Source of the DNA: the human T2T-CHM13v2.0 reference genome, Homo sapiens
Length of the DNA: 64,000 bases
NCBI RefSeq assembly: GCF_009914755.1
Contig: NC_060934.1
Strand: one strand, 5' to 3'
Both the position numbers and the translations under genes were made by a program. Numbering within the stretch: position 1 is the stretch's first letter; each line of letters begins with the position of its first letter. Positions 1-13,279 of the stretch are shown here, in pieces. Below the pieces are notes generated by a model, which made no database searches, had not been told where the DNA came from, and was given only the letters and a program-made list of their open reading frames with translations.

Positions 1-1103
1 CTATTTACCTATCTACTACGTTTTTATATGTTAAGACTTCTGAGAGCCTGCTGTTGGGTGTGTAGTGCGATCCTCTGGAAGGAAGTTGAGGAAGATGCTG
101 TCCGTGCCTCACTTTCTCCTTGGGGTTACAGGAGCTTTCTCATAGACACCTGACAGGGGGATCTTCTGTATAGGACCCGCATATTTGTGCCCATTGTGCA
201 GTAACTGATCAACACACAGAAATAGTGGCTGTTGCAGCAGAAAAGGGGTTTAATAATTGAATGGCAGACAAACGAGGAAGTAGGAGGAAACTTCGAATTC
301 ACTGCCCCGAGGAGTTTTAGACTGGGATTTTCAAGGGAATTTTGGCAGGCAGGGGGCTGAGGAGCAGGGCGGGGTGCTGACTGGCCAGGGTGTGGACTAT
401 GAAAGCCTAAGGATGTGGTAACTGCATTGTGGGGCTGAGTCAGTTCCTCAGAGGGGCCTGTAGATTGGATGGCATCTGTGGAACTGTTATAAGGCATGAT
501 GCAGAAAATATCTTGAGTGGAAAACGTGAGATTTCCTACTGTTTGAGACGTTACCTATGAGGTTAGGACCTTGTGATACAGGGTACATGACTCTAAAGAG
601 TAAGCAGTTATATGGAAGTGGGCTACAGGGCAAGCTGGTTAATGTACGCTATGCTTTCTTTCAGAGTTCGTGCTTTTGCTAAAAACCTAGACATTTACTT
701 TCATTAATTTGATGAGGGTACTGTCACCTCCTCCAGTGAACACACTCATTCTGAGGGACAGCTGGGTTGCAATAACCATCAATCAACGTTGTCACAATGC
801 TTGCATTGATGGAAAGCTTTCCTTCATCTGAACCAAAGGATTCCTCCATAGTAAGCAATAGGTCATGAGAGTCTCTGGGAAATACTCAGTGTACACAAGA
901 AACATGTTTTGTGGTTAACAACAAAATCCTTTACCTTACTCAGGGGAAGCCTGTTGATCTCAGAACATCTTTCAGCCTTGGCACCACCCAGTAGTTTCTT
1001 AGAACTTACATAAAAGCATCCAATTAAGCATAATTCTGAATATCGCTCACTAATCCTGACTCTGCTTCCTTCGCAGCTATAAAATCAATAACAGAAATGC
1101 TCC
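1..1103 (+). repeat. Ancient segmental duplication, copy A (paralogous to ~59195-60252)
   Basis: Colinear similarity covering an LTR and both flanks, e.g. GACACCTGACAGG, TTCACTGCCCC, GCTAAAAACCTAGACATT, TTTGTGGTTAA, TTACTCAGGG and CACTAATCCTGA in both copies. Confidence 0.9.
167..726 (-). mobile_element. Solo ERV1-class LTR (LTR26/LTR31/LOR1-like; subfamily uncertain)
   Basis: TG...CA termini, degenerate 4-bp TSD (cttc/cctc), similarity to MER4-group LTR consensus from memory. Confidence 0.7.
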
Positions 1104-1110
1104 TGTTTCA

Positions 1111-1251
1111 CTAATTTTTGTATTTTGTTTTTAGTAGAGATGGGGTTTCACCATATTGGAAAGGCTAGTCTTGAACTCCTGACCTCAGGTGATCCACCGA
1201 CCTCAGCTTCCCAAAGTGCTGGGATTACAGGCGTGAGCCAACATGCCCAGC
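1111..1251 (-). mobile_element. Alu left-arm fragment
   Basis: CTAATTTTTGTATT...GAACTCCTGACCTCAGGTGATCCACC...CCCAAAGTGCTGGGATTACAGGCGTGAGCC. Confidence 0.93.
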
Positions 1252-1449
1252 ATGAAATACGCTTTCATATAATTCTTGAATACTCCACTTAGAGGCCATT
1301 GCAAAACCTTTCCTGACACTCCTTCTTCCCCATCTTCCAGGATTGCATGTGTCCTGTTTCCTTGTGTGCCATGCTGTATTATAATTGCCATTTGCAGTCT
1401 CACCTTTTGTTGGCTTCAAGCTGCAAAAGTTGTAGTGATTTTTGTGTAG

Positions 1450-1690
1450 ACAGGCAGAACTTAGCTAGTGCCTCAGCTTGGATCCTCAGTGGGCTGCAAT
1501 GAAGGCATAATCCAAAAGCAGGGTCTCCCAGAAGCCTCAGTGGGGAATGACCTGCTTCCAAGGTCATGGGTGACTGGCAGAATCCAGTGCCTTCCGGGTT
1601 ACTGGAGTGAAGGCCTCAGTTTCTAGCTGGCTGATGGCCATAAGCCACACTCAGTTCCTCTCAAAGTGGGCATGTCCACAAGGCAATTCA
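1450..1690. mobile_element. ERVL-MaLR (MLT1-type) LTR fragment
   Basis: CTGCTTCCAAGGTCA...GGCAGAATCCAGT...GAAGGCCTCAGTTTC motifs typical of MLT1 LTRs. Confidence 0.6.
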
Positions 1691-2665
1691 TCTTATCAAT
1701 GTTTGGCCAAATACAGGTTGGGCAGAACACAATAAAAATAACAAAACACCACTTAGATATCTTAATAAGCAGAAGTTCCTTATTACTTGAGACTAAACTT
1801 TTACTAATGTTGTTCTTTGGCCTGCATAGTAGAAGCAATAAAAATGAAGGGCACACAGGAAAGGGTGGCCAACATTATCCAGGGGGTCATAAAAGGACTT
1901 CTGAAACATGTGTGGCTGGATCGGGTGTATTTAGGATAAGTAAGACATCAGAAACCTGCTGGAAACAACATGCAAGCCGAGCAGGCTGTCCTAAAAAGAG
2001 GAAATAGCTGGAAGAAAGCAAGAACATAGAGATGTATTCATGATTTCAGACCAGGTTTTTTGTGCCAAGAAGATTCAAGGAATCAAGGCAAAGACAGTCA
2101 CAAAATGAAATGAGGCCTTGATACAGGAGAATTTCATTATAATGAAGGTAGAAATGGGTGCTTCCAAGGAATCTCATTACATGTGTGCCTGGGACCAGGC
2201 ATCTAGCTTTGTTCAGGGAATTCTCAATAAGCTGTTTGTGATGGGATTTGTGATAAAATGGATGGTGTGAGACTTAACTGAGGTCTTCTTGTAGAATCAA
2301 TGTCTAGAAATGACCAATTTAACAATCAGGTTGTATCTTGTAAAGTAAGTCCTATATCCTTATCAAAGACAGGTTGGAATATTTAATACTTCAACTTAAG
2401 TGTCAAGAGTGAACAATGCCTAGAAGATCATTCAAAATCCTCTCTCAGGATACCATTTCTGTATGTTCCTGTAAGATACACCTGCACAGATAGGAAGAAA
2501 TTGAAAAAAAGGCAATAGATTAATTCCAGCTTCATTTGGAATCACTGGCAGTTGTAATATGAGCTCTTCCTACATTGAAGTTGGTGGAAATAAAGAATGT
2601 GGGAGCCTTATTTTCTACTGGGATCTCACAGAGGAAAAGGAGGAAAGGCAGATTAGCTTGGGCTG

Positions 2666-2755
2666 ATGATGGATCTGAAGCACAGCCATCCCATGAGGCT
2701 GAATGGTGGACACTTCATGCGGGTGCTGGGATTTGGCACTTATGCTCCTGAAAAT
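2666..2755 (+). pseudogene. Orphan AKR1C-family exon 1 (AKR1C8/AKR1CL1-like N-terminus)
   Basis: Translates [30 protein letters not shown] (AKR1C motif [17 protein letters not shown]); GCAAG follows where the GT donor is expected; no downstream AKR exons recognised nearby. Confidence 0.88.
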
Positions 2756-4440
2756 GCAAGCGGACTCCGGGGTCTGAAGGGTCCTAGATCAGCTGTCCTT
2801 GCAGGGTGGTCAGCAGGCAGGAGCCCTGCACCTGGTTGACAGTGGGTACTTGGAAGGGCCACTCTGAGCTTCCATTTCACTGTCTCTAACTTGCCTCTCT
2901 CTAGGTCACAGAGATCTTTTTTTGCACGAAAGTGACGTGACAAGCTCATGACTATGAGGATTCAGAGGTTGATAATTTTGTGGGTAGATTATATTTAGTA
3001 TTATTGTTATTATTATTATTAATGTTACCTAACTAATGTCAAGTGCTTTCTGTGTATTTTAAGTATTTTACATAGTTTTAAAATGTAATCTCTTAACAAC
3101 TCTTCTGTATATGTACTCTTATTATAACATATTTCTTACATTTTCACAGTATAAGTTCAGGCTGCTATCATCTTCCACCCTGGTCAGAGCCACTCAACTC
3201 AACTCTTGGTTAAATATGAGAATGGCAAAGATTCTGCAAGTAAATGGAAGCCAACATGAATACTTGGTGGCACCTTTACTGTGAGATTGTTGGGGCTGGA
3301 AGTGGGAATATCAACCATCTAAACCTTTTCTCATGTAAGAGGTTACTGTGATACCAAAAATTAGATAATGAGGAAGGATGGCTTAGGAGGCATAAAGTCA
3401 CAACAGAGACTGGATTGTGCTTGTGTGGTCCAAGGCTCTTGGCCCCCTAAAGAATCACTGAAAATCAATGACGGATGTTGCTTTGGAGAGATTGCACCCA
3501 AAATGACAGAGACCAATGTGCTCAGTCTTGGTAGAACTATGACATGAGAGATCACCAGATAACAGCTGTCAGACAGAACCAGCTTCTTTTCAATGGTATA
3601 ATTGTCCATCTCATCCATCGTGAAAACTTAAGCATAAGTTAAGCATAAGTCTTACATACATTATGTCCACCTTTTATTACTGTTGTTAACTACAAAACAG
3701 AGCTAAAGAGAACAGAACAGAAAGTCCCACAATTTCCTGGCTGACAAAAATAAAATTAATACATGTGTGCTTAAAGTTCATGCAGTAAAAAAAGTGGGAA
3801 GTGAAATAAAAACCTCCTCAACACTCTGCATTTTCACCTGGGGCATTGCAGGAACAGGAAGCAGGTCCAGTGTGCACTGTGGGTTCTTTTGTCCTGCAAG
3901 TTTGTTTTCTGGGAAGCTCACAAGCACAGACTCTCAGATTGAGTCATTAATCCACTCCCTGTTTGAAATTTGAGGGACAGTATGCACTTGCTGTGGTCCT
4001 GACTTTGCCCACAGGCAATGCCAGCTTGATGAGATAAGGTCTGTGCCATGGGTGAAACCAGCTGGTCACATGCATGTGAGTGGCTCTTGGGCTTCTGCTT
4101 CTGCATCCAGCTGCTCTTGCTGTGATATGTCCTGGATCTGGCTGCAGTGTTCCTCCCTCTCAGATCTTCCACAGAGGTTCTGCTGCTGCTGAGCAGGACA
4201 CAGCCTTGCATAACCCCCTGCATGAGACACCAGCGCATTGGCTTTCGTTGCTTCTAGGCTGAGAAGTCAGGCACACAGGGGGCAGTCAATAAACGCCTGT
4301 GGCATCAATGTGAAAAAAAGTACTTGAGAATGAAGGATAAAAAGAATCATAAATGATCTGTAGGTCTCAGCTGGTTGGAAACTAGGAAGTTTGGGTGTTA
4401 TGGACTCATTTATTATTGTTAGCCAAAAATAGATGCTGTA

Positions 4441-4590
4441 ATGTGTATGTGTGTGTGCCTGTGTGTATATGTGTTCGGGTGTACTAGTGTGTATGCATAT
4501 GCAAGTGTGTGACTGTGTGTGTGTATGGGTGTGTACCTGTGTGCATGCCTCCATGTACATGTGTGTACCTGTGTGTATGTGTGTGTGTGC
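4441..4590. repeat. Degenerate (TG)n/(TATG)n microsatellite
   Basis: Direct reading. Confidence 0.9.
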
Positions 4591-4619
4591 CCTAGGATTG
4601 TTGGAATGGTAAATCAGCA

Positions 4620-5210
4620 TCATACCTAGGAATACAGATAACCATGGAGGGGAAATATCTCTACCATGAGAATTACAAAACACTGCTCAAAGGAAATCAG
4701 AGATGACACAAACAAATAGAAAACCATTCCGTGCTCATGGATAAGAAGAATTAATATTGTTAAAATGGCCATACTGCCCAAAGCAATTTACAGATTTAAT
4801 GCTACTCCCATCAAACTATCAATGACATTCTTCACAGAACTAGAAAAAAACACTATGTTAAAATTTACGAGGAACCAAAAAAGACTCTAACAGCCAAGGC
4901 AGAACAAATGTGGAGGCATTAAATTACCCAACTTCAAACTACATTGAAAAGCTACAATAATGAAAACAGCATGACACTCGTACAAAAACAGACACATGGA
5001 TCAATGGGACAGAATAGAGAGCCCAGAAGTAATGCTGCACAACTACAATCATCTGATTTCTGACAATTAATAAAAACAAGCACAGGGGAGGGGACTCTCT
5101 ATTCAAGTGATTGGTACCTGGGTGACAAAATAAGCTCTACACCAAACCCCCATGACATACAATTTACAAACCTGCACATGAACCCTGAACCTAAGAAAAA
5201 AGATAAAAAA
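4620..5210 (+). mobile_element. L1 3' fragment (ORF2 piece joined directly to the 3' end and A-tail)
   Basis: L1 ORF2 sequence (AAAATGGCCATACTGCCCAAAGCAATTTACAG) jumps at ~5105 to the L1 3' terminus (CCAAACCCCCATGACA...) and an A-rich tail. Confidence 0.85.
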
Positions 5211-5219
5211 AGACTGCAA

Positions 5220-7210
5220 TCCAGTATTGATGGACAGTAAAGCAATGTAGCTACTGTCTTTACGGATTTCAGGTGTTTCTATCTATTGGGAGACTGCCTT
5301 TCTCTGGCACCCATTGCAACCAATTATTATTTTAGAGAGACAGGTTAACGACTGCTTGACCATCACCTGATGGTCACCTGATATTCCTGGGGAGGGCCAC
5401 TCTCATGCCCTGCTCATGTCTGACTAACTACCTACTCTAACATTCCCCCTCAATACTCCAAGACCCAGTTCTTGGGGAAAATGGACAAAGGTCAGGCGTC
5501 TATAACTGCTTCCTACTGACAGAGGGGTGGTGAAAGTTGTCCTGTGGGTTTTGGCCTCTTGATAACTGTCAGGACAGAGTGGCTCTGTGGTTTGGTGAAA
5601 GTGCTATCCAGGTAGGTCGAAGGGAAACACAAACAGGATTTTTCCTTTGTTGTGTTCTACTGATGGGCAGCCTAGTGGTCTTCTATAGAAGGGTGACTCC
5701 TGAGTATTTAGAAGATGGTATCCTCACTGAGGATAATTTGGAGCTTGAAGGTCCATCTCTCTAGTTTCTTCTGAGCTGTAGCCAGAGATCACTGGTTGGT
5801 TCATGGAATAGGCAGGGTTAGTCTAAATTGCAGATAAAAATACAAAAACTACTGTGGAGACTAGACTCTAATAACAGGTGTACCACAGTTCTTGAAACAT
5901 CATTTTTCCCCCTACAGTCCTCATTTTTATTACAAATAAATCATGATAGGACTCATTTGTTTGCAAAATAAGCTTTAGCCTTATTATACTTGGCTTGATT
6001 ATCTGCATAACACACAGCAAGAATAACTATTTACCATTTAGGCTCCTTTTTAAATTGGCTTTGATGAAACTTTGTTCCATAAGGAATCTCAGATAAGACT
6101 TTTTCAAACCTTAAGCCCAGCCATGGGTGTGTGCTATCAAATACCTGCATGATTTGGCTAAATTCCTCTCCTCTTGAGGTCCCAAGACAATTTGAAGCTC
6201 CTGGGCCTGTGAGAAAGTGACATTCTTTATTTTCCATGGGTGGCAAACTGTGTAAAGGGACTGTGTAGACAAGGCATGAGGGCATTTTTCCAAAGAGCTA
6301 TTTTTCGCTCTATAAGTCAAGTTTGATTCCTTAAAGGAAAGCACATCATTCCAGTCAAAACCTTGGTAAAATAAGCAGTTTCTCCAATTGTGTCCTGTTG
6401 GGAAAAAACAACAACAACAACAACAACAACAACGAATTCTTATCACACTTATGCAAATAAATATATTGCCGTATGTTAGGAACACTCAAAAATAGTCTCC
6501 AAATTCTGAATAAATCAGGTAGAGAGAAACAAATATGCTCTAAATTTCTTTACAGGAGTGTACATTACTCTATTGTTAAAAGCTGTAAATAAGCTTGAGA
6601 GAAAAGTTTTCTTGATTCTGAAAAAGAAAACACAGGATCAGCAACATTCTAAGCAAAAAGTAAAAAGCATATTTTTTGGTCCTTTATTAGTTCAATTTAT
6701 GCAATTAATTCCTGTTTTGCTCAATATTTATTATCACATTAGTTTTCCAAGAGGGTCTTGGAAGTTTTTTCCTCTCCATGTTAACATCAAAATCTTAAAA
6801 GCTATCACAAACCTGCATTCAAGAGCACAGAATCCTAGAGCTGATGATAAAACCACATTTAATAAGGATCAAAACAAGAAAACAATTGTTTGTGGCTGAC
6901 AAAAGGTCTTAGGGCAGCCACAGTCAAAGACACAATTGGCAAGGAAATTTACTTACCTCTCTGGCACACAATAATCTTACATAACAATTATAATTATAAC
7001 TGGTAATATAAACTAAGTCATAACAGAATTATAGGAATTTCACATAATTTTTGAACACATACCAATAGGACATTTATACAAATATGTCCAAAGAAAGCAA
7101 AAAGTTTCCTTTGCATTAGTATACTTTTAATGTTAAACCCAATCCTTAATAACATCTTACAGACAAATCTACTTCATCTTACTCATTTTGAGCGTAAGGT
7201 AAGATTCTCT
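5220..7210 (-). mobile_element. MER4-group ERV1 fragment: partial 3' LTR (MER50/MER83-like, ~5220-5442) plus non-coding internal sequence
   Basis: LTR end CTACCTACTCTAACA followed by PPT complement TTCCCCCTC; AT-rich MER4-int-type sequence. Confidence 0.7.
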
Positions 7211-7214
7211 AGCC

Positions 7215-10200
7215 TCTAGCTCCATCCATGTTCCTGACAAGGTTATGATATCATTCTTTCTCACAGCTACATAGTATTCCGTGGTGTATATGTACGATAT
7301 TTTCTTTATCCAGTCTGCCATTGATGGGCATTTAGATTGATTCCATGTCTTTGCTATTGTGAATGGTGCTGCAACGAACACAGGTGTGCATGTGTCCTTG
7401 TGATAGAATGATTTATATTCTTTTGGGTACCTACCCAGTAATGGACTTGCCAGGTTAAATGGTAGTTTTGCAAAACTTTTTCTAAAAATAAAATTTAGGG
7501 GACAAATTTAAGGGATCAATTTTTTGTCACCAATTATTCTCTTTTTGAGTTCTGTTTCTGAAGTTCATCAACGTTGCTGCAGAAAGACATGATTTCATTC
7601 TTTTTTGGCTGAATTATATTCCAGTTTTCCATACACCACATTTTCTTTATCCAATCATCCATTGATGGACACTTAGTTTGATTCGATTGATTTGATTGTT
7701 TACTCAAAAGTTATTGAGGGGCATGTTGTTTCATCTCCATGTACTTGTGTAATTTTTTCAGTTCCTCTTGGTATTTATTTTATTCCACTATGGTCTGAGA
7801 AGATAATTGATATCATTTTGATTTTTTAAAATTTATTGGCCGGGCATGGTGGCTCACACCTGCAATCTCAGCACTTTGGGAGGCCAAGGCAGGTGGATCA
7901 CAAAGTCAGGAGATCGAGACCATCCTGGCTAACACGGTGAAACCCCATCTCTACTAAAAATACAAAAAATTAGCCGGGTATGATGGTGGGTGCCTGTGGT
8001 CCCGGCTACTCGGGAGGTTGAGGCAGGAGAATGGCGTGAATCCAGGAGGCGGAACTTGCAGTGAGTCAAGATCACGCCACTGCACTCCAGCCTGGGTGAC
8101 AGAGCAAGACTCTGTCTCAAACAAAAAAAACCTTTTTTTTGAGACTTGCTTTGTGGTGAAGTATACAGTTAAATTTGGAGAATACTCCATGTGCAGATAA
8201 CGAGAATGTATACTCTGTGGTTGCTGGATAGAATGTTCTGCAAATATTAGGTCCATTTGGTCTGTGGTCTAGTTTATGTCCAGAGATTCTTAGCTGATTT
8301 TCTGCCTTGATGTTCTGTCAGGTAATATCAGTGGGTGTTGAAGTGCTGTACTATGATTGTACTGCTATAAATCTGTTTTCTTTGGTCTAGTAGTATTTGT
8401 TTTATGTATCTGGGTGCTCCAGTGTTAGGTACGTACAACTTTAAATAATTAGGTCTTTTTTTGTGTTGAACCTTTTATCATTATAAAATGCATTTTATTT
8501 GTCCGTTTTTACTGTTGTTCTTTTATGGTCTGTTTTATCTAATACAGGAATGGCTACTCCTGCTCGTTTTGTTTTTTGGTATTTTTTTTCTATTTGTGTG
8601 ATATATCCATTTCCACCCCTCTTCTTTGAGTCTGTAGGTGCCTTTAGACAGTTGGCGAGTTTCTCCTAGGCTGCGTATGGTTGAGTCTTGCTTTTTTAAC
8701 CAGTTTAGCACTCTGCATCTTTCAGTGGAGCATTTTGGCCATTTACATTTAAGGTTAACATTGTTATGTGAGGTTCTGTTTCTGTCATAGTGTTGTCTCC
8801 TAGTTGTCTTTGAGTTTCAATTGTGTAATTACTTTGTAGGATCTGTGAGATTTGTACTAATGTGCCCTTTTATGATGATGTATATTGTCCCCTAATTTCC
8901 ATGTTTAGAATTTCTTTCAGCATTTCTTCTAGGACTGGTCTAGTGGTAATAAATTCCCTTAGTAATTGTTTATCTGGAAAAGACTATTCCTGAATCATTT
9001 TGGAAGTTTAGCTTAGCAGCATATAAAATACTTGGCTGCCTTTTGTTCTTTAAGGAGGGTGAATATAGGCCTATAGTATATTCTGGCCTGTAGGGTTTCT
9101 GCTGAGAATTCAACTGTAGTCTGATGGGATTTCCTTTATAGGTGATTAGGTGTTTCTCTCTTGCAACTCTTAGAATTTTTTTCTTTATGTTGACTTCAAA
9201 TAGTCTGATGACTATATAATGTGTTGAAGTTCACCTCGAAATGTATTTTCCATGAATTCTCTAATCTTCTTGCATCTGACTGTCTAAATGTTTCCCAATA
9301 CCAGGGAAGGTTTTCTGAAGTATATCCTCTAAAAAGTTTGCCATACTTTTTACTTCTTTTTCTTCTCACTCCGGAATGCTTACATTTCTCAGGGGTGGTC
9401 ACTTTACAAAATTCTCTATTTCTCAAATACTTTGTTGATTTTTAAAAATTAATTTTTCTATATTTATGTCTGACTGAGTTAATTTGAAAGACCTGTCTTC
9501 CAGCTCTAAAACTCTTTCTTCCTCTTGGTCTAGCCTATTGTTAAAGCTTTCAACTGTATTTCACATATTCTTCAATGATTTTTTTATTTCCAGAAGTTCT
9601 GATTTTTTTAAATGATGTCAATATATTCTTTCATATTCTGTATTTTTTTTTCTGATTTCTGTGTGTTAGTTTTAAGCTTTCTGTTTGGTCTCATTGAGCT
9701 TCTATAACTCAATATTTTGAATTCTTTGGTATTCCAAAATTTCATTTAAATTAGGATCTATTGTTGAAGAGTTAATATGATCCTTTGAGGGTGTTAAACA
9801 GTCTGTTTTTTCATACTTTCAGAGTTATTTCCTGTTTTGTTTCCTCAACTGGATAAACTATTTTACCCTGTTATGTTTTGAATTTGCTTTTGTTTGGATG
9901 ACAAGCTTATCAGGGAGCTTATCTTATTCCCTAGTGCAGTGGGCTTACATCAGCAGATGTCTTTCTGTGTTGAGTGATTCAAGTTCCAGGCCAGTAGATG
10001 GTTCTATGGGTAAGAACTGGCTATGGCTGATACAGAGGTGTATATCTGATCCTTGTTAACTGAGAGAAGCTATCTGTGTAATAAGACCTTGATCTGACCT
10101 GTGGAAGGCACAGCCATCTAATCTTCCTGCTTAGCCAAGGAGCAGGCCCGCCTACAGGTTACACAATGGCAGACACAAGCACCAGCAGGAGGGAAAAGTT
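7215..10200 (-). mobile_element. Fragmented older L1 (3' pieces, ORF2/ORF1 and 5' region) interrupted by an Alu
   Basis: ORF-track peptide MFVAAPFTIAKTWNQSKCPS (L1 ORF2 C-terminus), [13 protein letters not shown] endonuclease-region remnant, L1-like sequence to ~10200. Confidence 0.8.
7838..8130 (+). mobile_element. Alu (AluY-like)
   Basis: GGCCGGGCATGG start, GAGATCGAGACCATCCTGGCTAACACGG and GAATGGCGTGAA diagnostics, A-tail. Confidence 0.93.
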
Positions 10201-10219
10201 TCAGTGGGCAGATATCAAG

Positions 10220-11563
10220 TTCCTCCCCCTGGGCTCGTGGTCTCACTGGCTTCAGGAGTGAAGCTGCAGACCTTCGCGGTGAGTGTTACAGCTCATAAAG
10301 GCAGTGTGGACCCAAAGAGTGAGCAGTAACAAGATTTATTGCAAAGAGCAAAAGAACAAAGCTTCCACAGTGTGGAAGGGGACCCGAGTGGGTTTCCACT
10401 GCTGGCTCCAGCAGCCTGCTTTTATTCTCTTATCTGGCCCCATCCACATCCTGCTGATTGGTAGAGCCCAGTGGTCTGTTTTGACAGGGCGTTGATTGGT
10501 GCATTTACAATCCCTGAGCTAGACACAAAGGTTCTCCACGTCCCCACCAGATTAGCTAGATACAGAGTGTGGACACAAAGGTGTGTGTTTACAAACTTTG
10601 AGCTAGATACAGAGTGCCGATTGGTGTATTTACAATCCCTGAGCTAGACATAAAGGTTCTCCAAGTCCCCACCAGAGTAGCTAGATACAGAGTGTCCAAT
10701 GGTGCATTCACAAACCCTGAGCTAGACACAGGGTGCTGACTGGTGTATTTACAATCCCTGAGCTAGACATAAAGGTTCTCCAAGTCCCCACCAGAGTAGC
10801 TAGATACAGAGTGTCCAATGGTGCATTCACAAACCCTGAGCTAGACACAGGGTGCTGACTGGTGTATTTACAATCCCTGAGCTAGACATAAAGGTTCTCC
10901 AAGTCCCCACCAGACTCAGGAGCCCAGCTGGCTTCACCCAGTGGATCCCGCACCGGGGCTGCAGGTGGAGCTGCCTGCCAGTCCCGCGCCCTGCACCTGC
11001 ACTCCTCAGCCCTTGGGTGGTCGATGGGACTGGGTGCCGTGGAGCAGGGGGTGGTGCTCCTCAAGGGGGCTCGGGTGGCGCAGGAGCCCATGGAGGGGGT
11101 GGGAGGCTCAGGCATGGCGGGCTGCAGGTCCCTAGCCCTGCCCCGTTGGAGGCAGCTAAGGCCCGGTGAGAAATCAAGCACAGCGCGGGTGGGCTGGCAC
11201 TGCTGGGGGACCCAGTATACCCTCCGCAGCCGCTGGCCCGGGTGCTAAGCCCCTCATTGCCCGGGGCCGGCAGGGCTGGCCGGCTGCTCAGAGTGCGGGC
11301 CCACCAAGCCCCTGCCCACCGGGAACTCCAGCTGGCCCGCAAGCACGGTGCGCAGCCCCAGTTCCCGCTCCCGCCTCTCCCTCCATACCTCCCTGCAAGC
11401 TGAGGGAGCCGGCTCCGGCCTTGGCCAGCCCAGAAAGGGGCTCCCACAGTGCAGTGGTGGGCTGAAGGGCTCCTCAAGTACCGCTAAAGTGGGAGCCCAG
11501 GCAGAGTAGGCCCCCAGAGCAAGTGAGGGCTGTGAGGGCTTGCCAGCATGCTGTCACCTCTCA
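10220..11563 (-). mobile_element. Solo LTR12 (LTR12C-like, HERV9), truncated at its U5 end
   Basis: Ends ...CTGTCACCTCTCA (reverse complement of the LTR12 start TGAGAGGTGACAG); tandem GCTAGATACAGAGTG/ATTGG repeats; lacks the terminal TGTGTCYGGAATTGG seen in the other LTR12 copies. Confidence 0.93.
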
Positions 11564-11880
11564 CTGTGACCCAGTCCTAGCCAATGCCACATAAGAAGGA
11601 CCAATGCTAGGGGCTTCTAGGAATGATTCCTCACTTCTAGAAAGAAATTTTTAAAATGAGGTGGCCTTTCTTCTGCAAGTAGCTATTGTCCTGCTGCAGT
11701 GTGAGTTCTAAATTTGCTTCAGCAGCCTCCACCCAGCCCAAAGATAATATCAATACACAGAAGAAGAAGAGTCAGGAGACGATGAGAGAAGTTCTGGACT
11801 CCAAGGAACAACACTCAGAGCTTGCCTTCCCTCAGACTTCTTGTTATGGTGGTAACAGATTTCTATTAAATTTATATTAA
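11564..11880. mobile_element. MLT1-type MaLR LTR fragment
   Basis: GTGACCCAGTCCTAGCCAAT...GGGGCTTCTAGGAA...CAGACTTCTTGTTAT motifs. Confidence 0.55.
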
Positions 11881-12949
11881 TTATAAATTGTTTTCTTGAC
11901 CTGGTTTTATGCTAACCAAAACAACCATAAAAGTTAATAATTTTCTCTTTAAAACATCCCCTGCATTTTGTCCCAATCCAGGATTAGTCAGAATAGATGA
12001 AAACTGATGAGTCATCCTGAGAGCATGAACCCCAGTGGATTGTAGGGGTTGACTACAGTATTGAGAAATATTAAAATAACAAAAAGTACAGAAGAGGCAG
12101 GGATCTCAAAAAGTGCTCAGTGGAACCACCACTTATTGTGAGTCAACATTCAGGACACAGTTGTTTCTTCAGACAGAGTTCACTCTATGAAAACACTATG
12201 AGCAAGGTGGGTTTTACTTAAAATTTCATCGTAATTTTTACATTGTAAATTTACATTGTATATTTTATCCAGTGTCATAATTAAAATTTCCTACATATTC
12301 CCTTAGGCATCTCTGGCTTTTTCCCAAAATTTCCTCCCGGGGTATCAACAGTGCCCCCTCCTCCTCCACAGCATACCTGTTCTTCCTATTCCCTCCTGCA
12401 CAGCTTCTGCTGCTCGACTGTTTCCACAACAATGCAAACTGACTGTTAGCCTCCATGGCTCCTCTGCTCAACAGCCATGCCCTCACCCACAAACCTCTGT
12501 GAAGTTCAAGTATACCCCTTATTGTTCACATATAAACCCCTCAACCCAGAGAATTGAGTCAACAAAACAGGAAACCTCCTCAGGACAAACACTGCTGCCA
12601 ATATAAATTTGTATTTATTTATTTTAAAATTTATTTTATTTTCAATGTGAGTGTTGGCTCCCATCTCCCTGTCCTCATGTTCCTTTCGTAAGACTGAGAA
12701 TTTCTGTGGTCTCCTGAGGTCAGAGTTTTTCACCAGATTGTATACCAGCTGAGGAAAATTTGAATTCTTATCAACTCCACAAACCTATGCTAGTCAGACA
12801 GAAGCCCCCATGTGCTAACTGTCTTGTCCTTTGAGCCTTGGGAAGTGACAGGAGACACACCTGGTCACTGGAGGAAATCATGAGTAGAGAGAGAAACAAA
12901 TGAGGAGAGTTTTGAGCCTGAGCCCTTTGTGATACATGAGTGGTTAAGG

Positions 12950-13238
12950 CTTGGCACTTTTCACCTAGAATTCGGAGGATGTATCAGAAATCCTGAATTT
13001 CCAGACAGATACCTGCTGAAAGGCTGGAGCCCCCACAGAGAGCTTCTATTTAGGCAATGTTGAGTAGAAATATGTGGTTGGAGCTCTGCAGAATGTCTCC
13101 ATGGGTGCACTGCATAGTGAAGTGGTGGGAGCAAGGCTTCACCCCTCAACATTACAGAATTATAAATGTACTAGCAGCTTGCAACTTCAGCCAGGAAAAG
13201 CCACAGGCCTTAAACTCCAAACTGTGAGAGCAGCCACC
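12950..13238 (+). mobile_element. MaLR internal (MST/THE1-int-like) fragment
   Basis: CACCTAGA...GGATGTAT...GGAAAAGCCACAGGC...CTGTGAGAGCAGCC. Confidence 0.7.
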
Positions 13239-13279
13239 TCAAGAATTTTAAATATTCTGTCACCACATATGTTGATTAT

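Noticed and set aside
3360-3480. Possible degenerate AKR1C exon 2 after the 2666 exon (GATAATGAGGAAG)
   Set aside because: Only a short match; no acceptor and no HIDSA or EDIFYT motifs in any frame I could read.
4267-4683. 138-aa His/Thr-rich ORF
   Set aside because: Translation of a (CA)n-like microsatellite plus L1.
10480-10915. Regular repeats in LTR12 (also ~30950-31570 and ~38825-39110) as a novel array
   Set aside because: These are the known U3 enhancer repeats of LTR12/ERV9.
10852-11477. Multiple overlapping GC-rich ORFs (also 31541-32241 and 39142-39872)
   Set aside because: Spurious ORFs from GC-rich LTR12 sequence; no protein-family motifs.
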